Program-made: the position numbers and the translations under genes | In this document: positions 53,049 through 62,113 of the stretch, piece by piece | How positions within the stretch are numbered: the stretch's first letter is position 1 | How the letters are laid out: the number at the start of each line of letters is the position of its first letter | DNA from: a virus | Length of the DNA: 64,000 nucleotides | Reading direction: 5' to 3' (one strand) | Virus record (IMG/VR): IMGVR_UViG_3300033568_000010 | Span: 1-64,000 of that record | Notes under the pieces: generated by a model | Told to the model about the DNA's origin: nothing | Seen by the model: only the letters and a program-made list of their open reading frames with translations | Database searches by the model: none

Positions 53049-56000
53049 AATTTCTATGCTACTCAGACGTGCATCTGGATGAAGACAATGACCCAACTAA
53101 TTCTCAGTATGAGTTGTTTATAAGTACTGCTAAATGGATTAGGGATACTATCCTTGCAGTTAAGCCTGACTATTTGGTCAATCTTGGTGACACCGTACAT
53201 AGAGACGGGGGCATGTCCACGAAGACAGTACAGTTATTTTTTGAGTTTTTTGAAATAATTAAGTCAGCCACAGAAGAGCTAGGAATACCCCATTTTGTTT
53301 TAACTGGTAATCACGACATCTATCAACGCGACGGTGTACTCCATGTGATGAACCCTCTTCGGTGGACAAACGCACAGGTAATAGATACACCGACACTCTA
53401 TAATCTAAAAGATAGTAAGTTTGACTTAAAAGTGGGGTTTTATCCTTATAGCAGAAGTAGTGAAGAGTTTGCTACAACGTTAGCAGCGTGGGAGCCAAAT
53501 CTAGTATTTATACACATGGACATTGTTGATGGTTATATGAACTCTGGGGTTAAAAGCTCAACCGGAGTATCTTCCATTCATAGATCTACAGAAATTTACG
53601 ACGGACACTACCATCTACCACAAAACGTGGGGTCTGTTACCGTAGTAGGGGCACCACAGTATACTCAGTTCCGTGACCTTGATCCGTTCTCAGTCCCTCG
53701 CAGAGGGATGCTTCTCATCGAAAAGGAAACGGCTAAGAAGAAGTCAAAGCTGACACGTATTACAAACCCTCACACCAAGTTCTATGGTAAGTTTGTGTCG
53801 GATAGTAATGACGTGAACGAGGTGTATAAGCAGTATGTAGATTGGTATACTGAACTCTGCAGCCTATACCCACATGGGTCTGTTACGCAGAGCCTTCAGC
53901 ACATTTGGTTTTCTGCTCCAGCAGTAGTGCTTGGTATGCTAGAGTCCAACTTTCGTTGGGAAGACTTTGGCACTGTTAAGTTCACACCAAACGATGTAGT
54001 GGCCCGTGTAGATGAGTCCACTCCTATTACCGTGGACATGTCTAACGAAGCAGCACTAACACAGTATGCGGAAGAGGCAGAGTGTTCATGTGGTGGGCAC
54101 AACCTTGAAATCGGCAAGCAGCTTCTCAAGCGAGCGGAAGACTATGCGGTAGCTAAAAACACAGGCAAGGAGGTTAAGTTTGTATCTCTTGAAATTAATA
54201 ACTTCATGAGCTTTGAACATGCTGAAGTTCCTCTAGCGGATAAGGGGTTTGTTCTAGTTGAGGGTGTTAATAAAGATGACCCTACAGTAGACTCTAACGG
54301 ATCGGGTAAAAGTGCAATTGCAGAGGCACTTCTGTGGGTACTGTTTGACCGTACCGCACGAGGGATTAAAGCGGACGAGATTATCAAGAGAGGAAGCAAG
54401 AAGGCACAGGTTAAAGTAGAGTTTACCGTAGACGGTAAACCGTTCATTGTAACACGGGAACGTACTAAGGGAAAGCCGGTTGCACGGGTAGTATCAGATA
54501 AAGACCTTACCCCTCATGATCAGCGGGAAGTAAACGACCTGATTACTTCTATTCTTGGGATTGGCTTTGACCAGTTTCTTCTGATGGTAGTTTTCAGTCA
54601 GGGGTTTGATACTAGATTCTCCTCTATGTCGGACACCGAGAGGAAAGAGCTTCTTGAGAGCTACTTGGGCATTGAAGTATATGAACAGGCAAAGCTTCTA
54701 GCAGCTACGGAAGTGAAAGCGCACAAGGAAGAGAAGAACGCAGTAACCTATAACATTGCTAAATTAGAAACACAGCTGGTCACACTGCAGAACCATGTGC
54801 TCAGCGTCCTAGAAGCAAAGGAAAAAGCAGAAAAGGAAGCCAAAGAAGAGCTAGTTAATTTAGAGGCCAAAATTGCCCTACAGGCGAAGGCAGTGGCTGC
54901 TGCCAGCCAGCCTCTGGCTGGAATGGAATCGTCGCTTACAGAGGCAAAAGCGCTTGTTTCTGAGGCTAAAGCCACTACGTCCGTGGCAAAGTCTTCCGTA
55001 GAACTGGAACGAACTGAAGTAAACGCCATTGCAGGTAGAATCAGCAAGGGGCAGGGCATGGTTGCCCAGCTAAGGTCAAACATTCATCTACTTAAAAACA
55101 AGAAGGTAGAGGATACGTGCCCTACCTGTAAGCAATCTCTTCCGGTGGACAGTGTACAGGAGGTCTTAAATCATAATCTGGAGGAGATAGCTACATCTGA
55201 GGCTAAATGTCAGGAGTATGAAGGTCTTCTAATGGAGTTGGAGATCAGACTACAGGAAGCCAACGAGAAGCTTGAAAGTGCCAAAGCATCACTCAAGGAG
55301 TGCGAGCAGTTTGTGGCTGAACGAGAGGCAACTGTTAATAAACTACAGTTAGCCTACATGCAGCAGAAGAGTGAAGTTCAGCAGCAGAAAGCCCTGCTGG
55401 AAGCATACACAGAACAGCACAAAGCCAAGAGGCCAACAGCGGAACACTTTGATGTTCTTCTTGCGGAAGCAAATGAAAAGACGGCAGCTTCTGCGGAAGA
55501 ACTGGAAGATAGTAAGTCTAAGCTTGTAACAGTGGAAGCCTATGTGCATGAGTATGAGTACTGGGAATCTGCGTTTGATCCTACGGGCGTGAGATCTGTA
55601 ATTCTTAGAAACGCAATCAATTCATTAAATGAAATACTGGCTAAGCTGTGCGGAACTGTCACCGGCAATTCATTTATGGTGCAGTTGTCCTCTACTAAGG
55701 AACTCAAGTCAAAGAAAGAGGCAGTTAATAAAATAGATATTCTAGTTACACCTGACGGTAGTTACAAGTCAAGCTCTGGAGGAGAACGTAGGAAGATTGA
55801 CCTGATACTTAACACAGCAGTATCCATGTTTGCTAAGTCCATGTCTGGTTTCTCCACTAACATACTGGTTGCTGATGAAGTACTAGATAATTTGGATCTT
55901 ACTGCCTCACAACACGTACTTACCATGTTTGATGAAATATCTAAGGGCGATAATACCGTTCTGCTCATAAGCCACAACCCAAGCGTAAAACCGTTGATCC

Positions 56001-56056
56001 CAACGGCATGGACTGTGGTTAAATCAAATCAAACGTCAACACTTCAAATTAACTAA
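53045..56056 (+). CDS. Single-polypeptide Mre11/SbcD-like nuclease fused to a Rad50/SbcC-like ATPase
   Basis: N-terminus YSDVHLD, NLGDTVHRDG and LTGNHD are calcineurin-like phosphoesterase motifs. From about aa 372: INNFMSFEH...DSNGSGKSAIAEAL (Walker A), a long coiled coil with a CPTC zinc hook, SSGGERRKIDL (signature) and ILVADEVLDNLD (Walker B). Confidence 0.8.
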   Translation: MKFLCYSDVHLDEDNDPTNSQYELFISTAKWIRDTILAVKPDYLVNLGDTVHRDGGMSTKTVQLFFEFFEIIKSATEELGIPHFVLTGNHDIYQRDGVLHVMNPLRWTNAQVIDTPTLYNLKDSKFDLKVGFYPYSRSSEEFATTLAAWEPNLVFIHMDIVDGYMNSGVKSSTGVSSIHRSTEIYDGHYHLPQNVGSVTVVGAPQYTQFRDLDPFSVPRRGMLLIEKETAKKKSKLTRITNPHTKFYGKFVSDSNDVNEVYKQYVDWYTELCSLYPHGSVTQSLQHIWFSAPAVVLGMLESNFRWEDFGTVKFTPNDVVARVDESTPITVDMSNEAALTQYAEEAECSCGGHNLEIGKQLLKRAEDYAVAKNTGKEVKFVSLEINNFMSFEHAEVPLADKGFVLVEGVNKDDPTVDSNGSGKSAIAEALLWVLFDRTARGIKADEIIKRGSKKAQVKVEFTVDGKPFIVTRERTKGKPVARVVSDKDLTPHDQREVNDLITSILGIGFDQFLLMVVFSQGFDTRFSSMSDTERKELLESYLGIEVYEQAKLLAATEVKAHKEEKNAVTYNIAKLETQLVTLQNHVLSVLEAKEKAEKEAKEELVNLEAKIALQAKAVAAASQPLAGMESSLTEAKALVSEAKATTSVAKSSVELERTEVNAIAGRISKGQGMVAQLRSNIHLLKNKKVEDTCPTCKQSLPVDSVQEVLNHNLEEIATSEAKCQEYEGLLMELEIRLQEANEKLESAKASLKECEQFVAEREATVNKLQLAYMQQKSEVQQQKALLEAYTEQHKAKRPTAEHFDVLLAEANEKTAASAEELEDSKSKLVTVEAYVHEYEYWESAFDPTGVRSVILRNAINSLNEILAKLCGTVTGNSFMVQLSSTKELKSKKEAVNKIDILVTPDGSYKSSSGGERRKIDLILNTAVSMFAKSMSGFSTNILVADEVLDNLDLTASQHVLTMFDEISKGDNTVLLISHNPSVKPLIPTAWTVVKSNQTSTLQIN

Positions 56057-56069
56057 TACACAGGCAACC

Positions 56070-56771
56070 ATGAACATTAATGATCTTTTTGACAAGACAA
56101 AGTTTGGAATTATCTTTGAATATGAGTTTCTTAGCATAGGAGAGCAGGTAACATATATCAGTGATACAGACGAAGGCGCAACAGAGAAGTGCGGCATTAT
56201 AGAAGAGATGTTTGTATCCAGAACAGACCCTTCTGAGGTATGGATAACCATTTGTGTAGATGACGCCCTGTATGACTATGTCAATGTCAACGAGGTATCG
56301 TTCATTGTACCAGATGAAGATGAGCATGACGATGATCCGTTAGGCCTGTACATGAAGGTCAAGAAGCTAACCGCAACGGCCACTCTCCCTGCGTATGCTA
56401 CAAGTGGTGCTGCAGGTATGGACTTCTTTTCAGACGTAGAGCTTATTATACCACCGGGGCAAGTTGCACTTGTAAAGACAGGAGTAGCAGTAGAGTTCCC
56501 TGCTGGGTTTGAACTGCAGCTAAGAGCACGATCTTCTTTCGGAGTCAAGAGAGTAATTTTGGCCAACGGAGTTGGCACTGTAGACTTTGATTACCGTGGA
56601 GAGATTATGTTTGCTCTTCTTAATTTAAGTAGTCAAGATTTTCCTATTGTACGAGGAATCCGTATTGGTCAAGGGATATTAGCCCCTGCATTCAGAGCTA
56701 AAATAGTAGAGTCTAGCGAGTTAAGCGGGACTACTAGAGGCTCTGGAGGATTTGGGAGCACCGGCCTATGA
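56070..56771 (+). CDS. dut: dUTPase with an N-terminal extension of about 95 aa
   Basis: LPAYATSGAAGMDFFS, RARSS, GTVDFDYRGEI and TRGSGGFGSTG are trimeric dUTPase motifs. The first ~95 aa are unrelated and acidic. Confidence 0.85.
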   Translation: MNINDLFDKTKFGIIFEYEFLSIGEQVTYISDTDEGATEKCGIIEEMFVSRTDPSEVWITICVDDALYDYVNVNEVSFIVPDEDEHDDDPLGLYMKVKKLTATATLPAYATSGAAGMDFFSDVELIIPPGQVALVKTGVAVEFPAGFELQLRARSSFGVKRVILANGVGTVDFDYRGEIMFALLNLSSQDFPIVRGIRIGQGILAPAFRAKIVESSELSGTTRGSGGFGSTGL

Positions 56772-57652
56772 CCAAGAAAAAGAAATCACTTGCTAAGCCA
56801 TCTAAGAAGCAGAGAATGCGGCTAGCACAGATGGAAGAGGCAGGAGACGGACTTATCGGCATTGAGCTAGGGGATCTTACTCCAGAGGAATATAAAGCTA
56901 TTGTTCTTGGTGATTCGTACACTACAGAAAAAGACATAGAGAAAAAGAAAAAGCTCATGTCTCACGAGGTATACCACAAGGATTACTCCGAGTGGAGATA
57001 CTACGCTGTTCCCTTTTACCCTCTCAGCCATAACAATGCATACTCGCAGGGGTTTGGTGGTAAGAGGTTCATGCGGAAAGAGTATGTAGAGTATGAAGAA
57101 GGCATTCAGCGTGTTATTAGACTCATAGATGCTGAGCGAAAACTGTTTAAGCTTTATGGGGATGCGTATCAGTTGGACATTACGACGATTGTTACTAGAG
57201 CATCCATGTTCTATCAGAACGGTAACTTTAGGCGGTTTGACGTAGATGGTGTCATTAAACTGGCGCAGGATGCCATCTTCAAGTACCTAGAAACGGACGA
57301 TAGTAGTTTGATTGAAGTAACTTCAAGGAAGGTTGCTGTAACCAATCTTCCATGGGAAGAGCTTAGATACTCCGAAAGCCCTGTATGGGATCTTAAGGGA
57401 GGCGTTATGCTGATAGGCTTGCGTACAGTCCCTCGCGGAGATGCTTCGTATATTAACGATGAACTAGAGCGTAAAATTAAAGCGGCTATGATTTCCGAGG
57501 ACTATAAGGAGCCTACCCTTAACCTCAGACGTGGAAAAAAAGAGCAGATTAAGCGACAAAATAAAAGGCAGATTCAGCAGAGTAAACTAGACAAGAAAAA
57601 TCCACAGCGGTACAAAAACAAGAAATCAACAAAAAAGCAGGAAAAGGAATGA
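56768..57652 (+). CDS. Possible RusA-like Holliday junction resolvase with Lys-rich termini
   Basis: PLSHNNAY and RFDVDGVIKLAQDAIFKYLETDDSSLIEV resemble RusA motifs (D-x-D-x(3)-K and DD). Confidence 0.35.
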   Translation: MTKKKKSLAKPSKKQRMRLAQMEEAGDGLIGIELGDLTPEEYKAIVLGDSYTTEKDIEKKKKLMSHEVYHKDYSEWRYYAVPFYPLSHNNAYSQGFGGKRFMRKEYVEYEEGIQRVIRLIDAERKLFKLYGDAYQLDITTIVTRASMFYQNGNFRRFDVDGVIKLAQDAIFKYLETDDSSLIEVTSRKVAVTNLPWEELRYSESPVWDLKGGVMLIGLRTVPRGDASYINDELERKIKAAMISEDYKEPTLNLRRGKKEQIKRQNKRQIQQSKLDKKNPQRYKNKKSTKKQEKE

Positions 57653-60090
57653 CCAACTACTCCACCGAGGAAGTACAGAAGGCTACGTTAGAATACTTTG
57701 ATAATGACAGCCTTGCAGCAGACGTGTTTAGATCCAAGTATGCTCTACGCGATACATCCAATGCGGATGCACCTTTCGTGGAGCTAACGCCAGAGGATAT
57801 GCACAGGCGGTTAGCAAATGAGTTTGTTCGTATCGAAAATAACTACCCAAGCCCGTTAAGCTTTGAAGAGGTATTTCCACTTCTAGATAAGTTTAAGTTT
57901 ATCGTTCCACAGGGTAGCCCCATGTATGGTATCGGTAATCCATACGCCACAGTATCGCTATCTAATTGTGTAGTTGTGGCTAGCCCTAAGGACAGCATGT
58001 CCGGTATTATGAATACAGCAAAAGAGCTAGCTAATCTGTATAAGAGAAGAGCAGGGGTAGGAGTTGATCTATCCACACTAAGACCTGATGGGTCTTCAGT
58101 AAGTAATTCTGCTGGTAGCTCTACAGGCGCATGGTCTTTTGCCGATCTATACTCGTTCGTAACTAGAATGGTTGGACAGAGCGGTAGGCGAGGTGCGCTG
58201 ATGCTCACAATGGACATCAGACATCCTGACATTGAAAAGTTTATTACGATGAAGATGGATAAGACTAAGGTTACAGGGGCCAACATAAGTGTTAGGCTAT
58301 CTGATGACTTTATGAAGGCTGTAGAGGCCGGTGAAGATTGGGTTCTACAGTGGCCCATTGATGTGCCTGTCGTAGAGGCCAAGGTAGTTAAGGTAGTATC
58401 AGCACAGAAGCTGTGGGATTTAATCACATCTACTGCACACGATAATGCCGAGCCGGGGTTGTTGTTTTGGGACAACATTGTTAAGGAGCTACCCGCGCAT
58501 AACTATGATCAGTTCAAGACAGTGTCTACTAATCCTTGCTCAGAGATACCACTTTCGCCTTACGATAGTTGTAGGTTAGTGTCTATTAATATCAGTAGTT
58601 TTGTAGTTAATCCGTTTACTCCTGCTGCTGTTTTTGATTTTGATAAGTTCAAGCATGTTGTAGCTGTTGCCGTTAGGCTAATTGATGACTTGGTTGACCT
58701 TGAGATAGAAGCCCTCACTAAAATCATCAACAAGACAGAGGAAGAGGATGAAAAGCAGGTCATCGCTAAGCTGCGACAAGCTTGCATTGATGGCAGAAGA
58801 ACTGGGCTTGGGACTCACGGTCTTGCAGACATGTTTGCTAAGCTGCAGATGAAGTATGCAAGCCACGATGCACTCCAGATGGCAGAAGATATCTATGAAG
58901 TGTTCAGAGACACAGCGTATCTTACTTCTTGCAATCTAGCAGAGCAACGAGGAGCATTCCCACTTTATAGCTGGGCAAAAGAAAAAGACAATGCGTTCAT
59001 CAGCAGACTTCCTGTGCAGATTAAAAATGCGCTCAAGAAGAGCGGCAGACGAAATATTAGTATGTTGACCATGGCTCCTACAGGCTCCGTATCTGCGGTG
59101 TCACAGACCTCCTCAGGTATCGAGCCAGTGTTTAGAAACTCATATACACGCAATAAAAAGGTAAACTCCTCTGACTCGCTATCTAGAGTTGACTTTGTGG
59201 ATGAGGTAGGGGATAAGTGGCAGAAGTATGAAGTTAACCATCCCAACTTGAGCCTGTTTAAGTCTATGTTTCCTGAACAGGATGTTCCTAGCTATTTCGT
59301 AACATCTGATGAAATTGACCATCTGGCTAGAGTTAAGCTACAGGCTTCGATTCAGAAGTATATTGACCATGGCATTAGTAGCACCATAAATCTGCCAAAA
59401 ACGGCCACTGTAGCCGACGTACAGAACATCTATATGCAGGCATGGAAGAACGGTCTAAAGGGCGTCACGGTGTACGTGGATGGCTCTAGATCGGGTGTAT
59501 TGGTAGAGTCATCGGCAGTAGACCAGAAGATCAAGGATAGTCATGCTCCTCGTAGACCCAAGGAGCTACCTGCGGTCATTAAGAATACCACCGTAGATGG
59601 TAAGAAGTGGACGTTCATTGTAGGATTCTTAGATGGTAAGCCCTATGAGATCTTTGGTGGCCCTGCAGAAAACATTGAATTGCCTAAACACGCAAACAGC
59701 GGAAGACTAGTTAAGAGGAAATGCACAAAGGTATCTAAAAAAGGAAGGCTATCTTGCTACGACCTTTATTTAGACCTTAAAGACGGTGATGAGCTAGTTA
59801 TACGGGATATAAGCGTTACGTTCAGCCCCGATAATGAAAACTACGGTGTTCTTACCAGAATGGTATCGCTGTCACTACGTCATGGTGTTCCACTTCATTA
59901 CATAGTAGAACAGCTTGGGAGAGATACAGACTCAGGGCTACACTCCTTCTCTAAGGTAATGTCACGAGTATTTAAGCAGTATATTAAAGACGGGGTGTTG
60001 TCTGGAGAAGACTGTGTACAATGTGGTGCCAAGTACGTATTTAGCGATGGTTGCTTCATGTGTATGCAGTGTGGCAACAGTAAGTGTTGA
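57649..60090 (+). CDS. nrdJ: Ribonucleotide reductase, probably class II (B12-dependent)
   Basis: RRAGVGVDLSTLRPDGS and TNPCSEIPL (active-site Cys/Glu). C-terminal CVQCG...CMQCG zinc ribbon. No small-subunit gene in the window. Confidence 0.65.
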   Translation: MTNYSTEEVQKATLEYFDNDSLAADVFRSKYALRDTSNADAPFVELTPEDMHRRLANEFVRIENNYPSPLSFEEVFPLLDKFKFIVPQGSPMYGIGNPYATVSLSNCVVVASPKDSMSGIMNTAKELANLYKRRAGVGVDLSTLRPDGSSVSNSAGSSTGAWSFADLYSFVTRMVGQSGRRGALMLTMDIRHPDIEKFITMKMDKTKVTGANISVRLSDDFMKAVEAGEDWVLQWPIDVPVVEAKVVKVVSAQKLWDLITSTAHDNAEPGLLFWDNIVKELPAHNYDQFKTVSTNPCSEIPLSPYDSCRLVSINISSFVVNPFTPAAVFDFDKFKHVVAVAVRLIDDLVDLEIEALTKIINKTEEEDEKQVIAKLRQACIDGRRTGLGTHGLADMFAKLQMKYASHDALQMAEDIYEVFRDTAYLTSCNLAEQRGAFPLYSWAKEKDNAFISRLPVQIKNALKKSGRRNISMLTMAPTGSVSAVSQTSSGIEPVFRNSYTRNKKVNSSDSLSRVDFVDEVGDKWQKYEVNHPNLSLFKSMFPEQDVPSYFVTSDEIDHLARVKLQASIQKYIDHGISSTINLPKTATVADVQNIYMQAWKNGLKGVTVYVDGSRSGVLVESSAVDQKIKDSHAPRRPKELPAVIKNTTVDGKKWTFIVGFLDGKPYEIFGGPAENIELPKHANSGRLVKRKCTKVSKKGRLSCYDLYLDLKDGDELVIRDISVTFSPDNENYGVLTRMVSLSLRHGVPLHYIVEQLGRDTDSGLHSFSKVMSRVFKQYIKDGVLSGEDCVQCGAKYVFSDGCFMCMQCGNSKC

Positions 60091-60145
60091 GCATAAATAT
60101 GTACAGTTAATAGCTAGCAATTGGTCACACTAATTCCCTAATGGA

Positions 60146-60195
60146 ATATACCCACATGGTATTTGTTACCTACCGTGTGGGTATATTTCTATTTT
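60146..60195 (+). terminator. Rho-independent terminator after the RNR gene
   Basis: ATATACCCACA / 19-nt loop (itself GGTA...TACC) / TGTGGGTATAT followed by TTCTATTTTAT. Confidence 0.6.
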
Positions 60196-60209
60196 ATATT
60201 GGAATTTAG

Positions 60210-60977
60210 ATGACAGAGCTAAAAACATTAGTCACAGGGTATTATGACAGCAAAAAATCAGTAGCTTTATGCGAAGAGTATTACGAGCTTAGTATAAAGG
60301 AAACACTTACCAGACGGCAAAAGAAGAGATATGCTGAATTGGTTGAGCTATGTTGGTATTCTGTACTTCCCATTTTAGGAATAATCATAAGAAGTAACTT
60401 TAAAGGACTGCAGGATGATGACGTAGACGACTTGTTTTCTTTAGGGGCGTATGAGTATTGGAAGCTACTAAACCATCAAAAGAAGCCAAGACCTTACAAC
60501 ATTACAGCACACTTTAACCTGTACTATAAAGTAGGCATCCGTGCCATGATTAAGGCAGTATATCAGAATAAGCAGGAAATCTTCGATTTCAGGCACAGTT
60601 CAGCCCTCCCTCCAGTAGCGTCCGCTAACTTCAGAAGACCAGACCAAGAAATCTATATCTCAGAATTACCTTTTGTACTGTATGAGTCCGTTGTAGAGAA
60701 AGTAGCCAGCCGATTCTCTGATGAAGAATTTGACGTGTGTGAGTACATTGCACGGTGCAAGATTTTTCAAGGGGATGGGTTTGACATTAAGAAGCATAAA
60801 ATAAGAAAAGTAGGAGGAAAGATTGCTAATTCCCAGTTCTATGAGGACTTTGTGACTATTGCGTTGAAGGATGCACTAGAGGAACTTAGGCTCAGTACGG
60901 ATATTAGCAGTTTATTAACAGATGAAGCAGCTTCCCTCAATCCTATTTACTATGAGGCATATAGCCAAACTAAGTGA
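60210..60977 (+). CDS. Possible T4 gp55-like late sigma factor
   Basis: ILGIIIRSNFKGL and RPYNITAHFNLYYKVGIRAMIKAVYQNKQE parallel T4 gp55 LIAEGLSKRFNFSGY and [23 protein letters not shown]. Located upstream of the packaging genes. Confidence 0.35.
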   Translation: MTELKTLVTGYYDSKKSVALCEEYYELSIKETLTRRQKKRYAELVELCWYSVLPILGIIIRSNFKGLQDDDVDDLFSLGAYEYWKLLNHQKKPRPYNITAHFNLYYKVGIRAMIKAVYQNKQEIFDFRHSSALPPVASANFRRPDQEIYISELPFVLYESVVEKVASRFSDEEFDVCEYIARCKIFQGDGFDIKKHKIRKVGGKIANSQFYEDFVTIALKDALEELRLSTDISSLLTDEAASLNPIYYEAYSQTK

Positions 60978-60990
60978 GAAGGCATTTAAA

Positions 60991-61545
60991 ATGAAAGGAC
61001 AACACCTTAAAGAGCTTTTAGTACAAGATAGAAAGGTACTGCGTGGAATTGACCCAGTAAAGGCTGTTCTATTCCTGTGTGCTAGGCACACACTACTACC
61101 CGAAATATTTGAGTCATTTGGAACAGAAAGTACCCTGTCTTTTCTTGAGTCTTTCGGTGGAAAAACAGTTAAAATCCCCTCTATAAAAGCAGTGAAAGAC
61201 GCAATTATGTCTATCACTATTTGGGAAGAGATGGAAGCTGCAATCAACAAGGAAGAAGCTAGTAAGCGGCTGGCAAAGAGATTTAATGTTAGAGAAGGCG
61301 AGATTAGGCTAGCGTATAGTAAGGTAAAGGAAATGCTAGATGACCAGAAAAAACTACAAGAGTCCAGTAACCAAGTTGCCAAGGCTAAAACAACAGGACT
61401 TAAGCAGAATTCACGAAAACGAGCCGGGAAGCCATCTGTCACAGCAGGAACCGGAGAAGGTGAACCAGTGGCAAATAGCAGAGGAAATAGACCGAGTGAA
61501 AGAGCGAAAAACAAGTCTGAAGGACAGACTAGCTTCAGTTTCTAA
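60991..61545 (+). CDS. Hypothetical DNA-binding/regulatory protein (weak Mor-like motif) with a basic disordered tail
   Basis: ATG 60991 with GAGAAGG upstream, preferred over the track start at 60922. FLESFGGKTVKIPS resembles the Mor-family GG-x-x-x-x-IP motif. Confidence 0.4.
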   Translation: MKGQHLKELLVQDRKVLRGIDPVKAVLFLCARHTLLPEIFESFGTESTLSFLESFGGKTVKIPSIKAVKDAIMSITIWEEMEAAINKEEASKRLAKRFNVREGEIRLAYSKVKEMLDDQKKLQESSNQVAKAKTTGLKQNSRKRAGKPSVTAGTGEGEPVANSRGNRPSERAKNKSEGQTSFSF

Positions 61546-62113
61546 GTCAGAGGAAATGGAGGGGATTGAAAAGCCCCCATTGGCCCCTAGAGTAGTAGAC
61601 GAACTGCGCGAAGCGCAGAAGACTAAAATCATTAAGACCTTAGAAGCTATTATCGGATGGTTGAATCTTAACCAAGACGTATTGGAAGATGACACCATTA
61701 AGATGATAGATGAGAGGCTACAGTCTCACGCAAAGAAATCGCAGATATTTATGATTGTGGCCATTCAAAATAGAATGGCACAGCTACTGCGCTGGATGGA
61801 AGCTTCAGACATTCTAGAAGAGCGACTGCTAGACCCAGAGGTAGTTAAGTACATGGAGCCGGGGGATCTACGCAAGAGCTTGGAGCTTCTAGAGAAGAAG
61901 ATAGATAATACGTTCAAGCAGATTTCTGACATGATTGAGCAGTCTGCAGTTCTTCCTAAAGCGTTTGAAGATGATGAGCTTCAGAAACAGAAGCGCATGA
62001 TCAAGGACGGAGAAGAGGTATTTAAAGACCCTGCCGTAAGAGAGCGCACAAGAGAGAAGCTGTCTGATATGCTGTCTCAGATGAAAAAGAACGTAACAGG
62101 CGAAACGAAATGA
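61340..62113 (+). CDS. Hypothetical coiled-coil protein, candidate small terminase subunit; start uncertain (61340 or 61556)
   Basis: ATG 61340 has AAGGA 8 nt upstream but would overlap the previous ORF by 206 nt. The stop overlaps the terminase start (ATGA). The call rests on position only. Confidence 0.4.
   Translation: MTRKNYKSPVTKLPRLKQQDLSRIHENEPGSHLSQQEPEKVNQWQIAEEIDRVKERKTSLKDRLASVSKSEEMEGIEKPPLAPRVVDELREAQKTKIIKTLEAIIGWLNLNQDVLEDDTIKMIDERLQSHAKKSQIFMIVAIQNRMAQLLRWMEASDILEERLLDPEVVKYMEPGDLRKSLELLEKKIDNTFKQISDMIEQSAVLPKAFEDDELQKQKRMIKDGEEVFKDPAVRERTREKLSDMLSQMKKNVTGETK

Noticed and set aside
57843-58478. 211-aa minus-strand ORF inside the RNR gene (and similarly 60915-61514, 199 aa)
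   Set aside because: Both are antisense to confidently coding + strand genes and have no independent signals.
60922-60990. Upstream start at 60922 for the Mor-like ORF
   Set aside because: It would overlap the end of the preceding gene by 56 nt. ATG 60991 has a GAGAAGG SD and removes the overlap.
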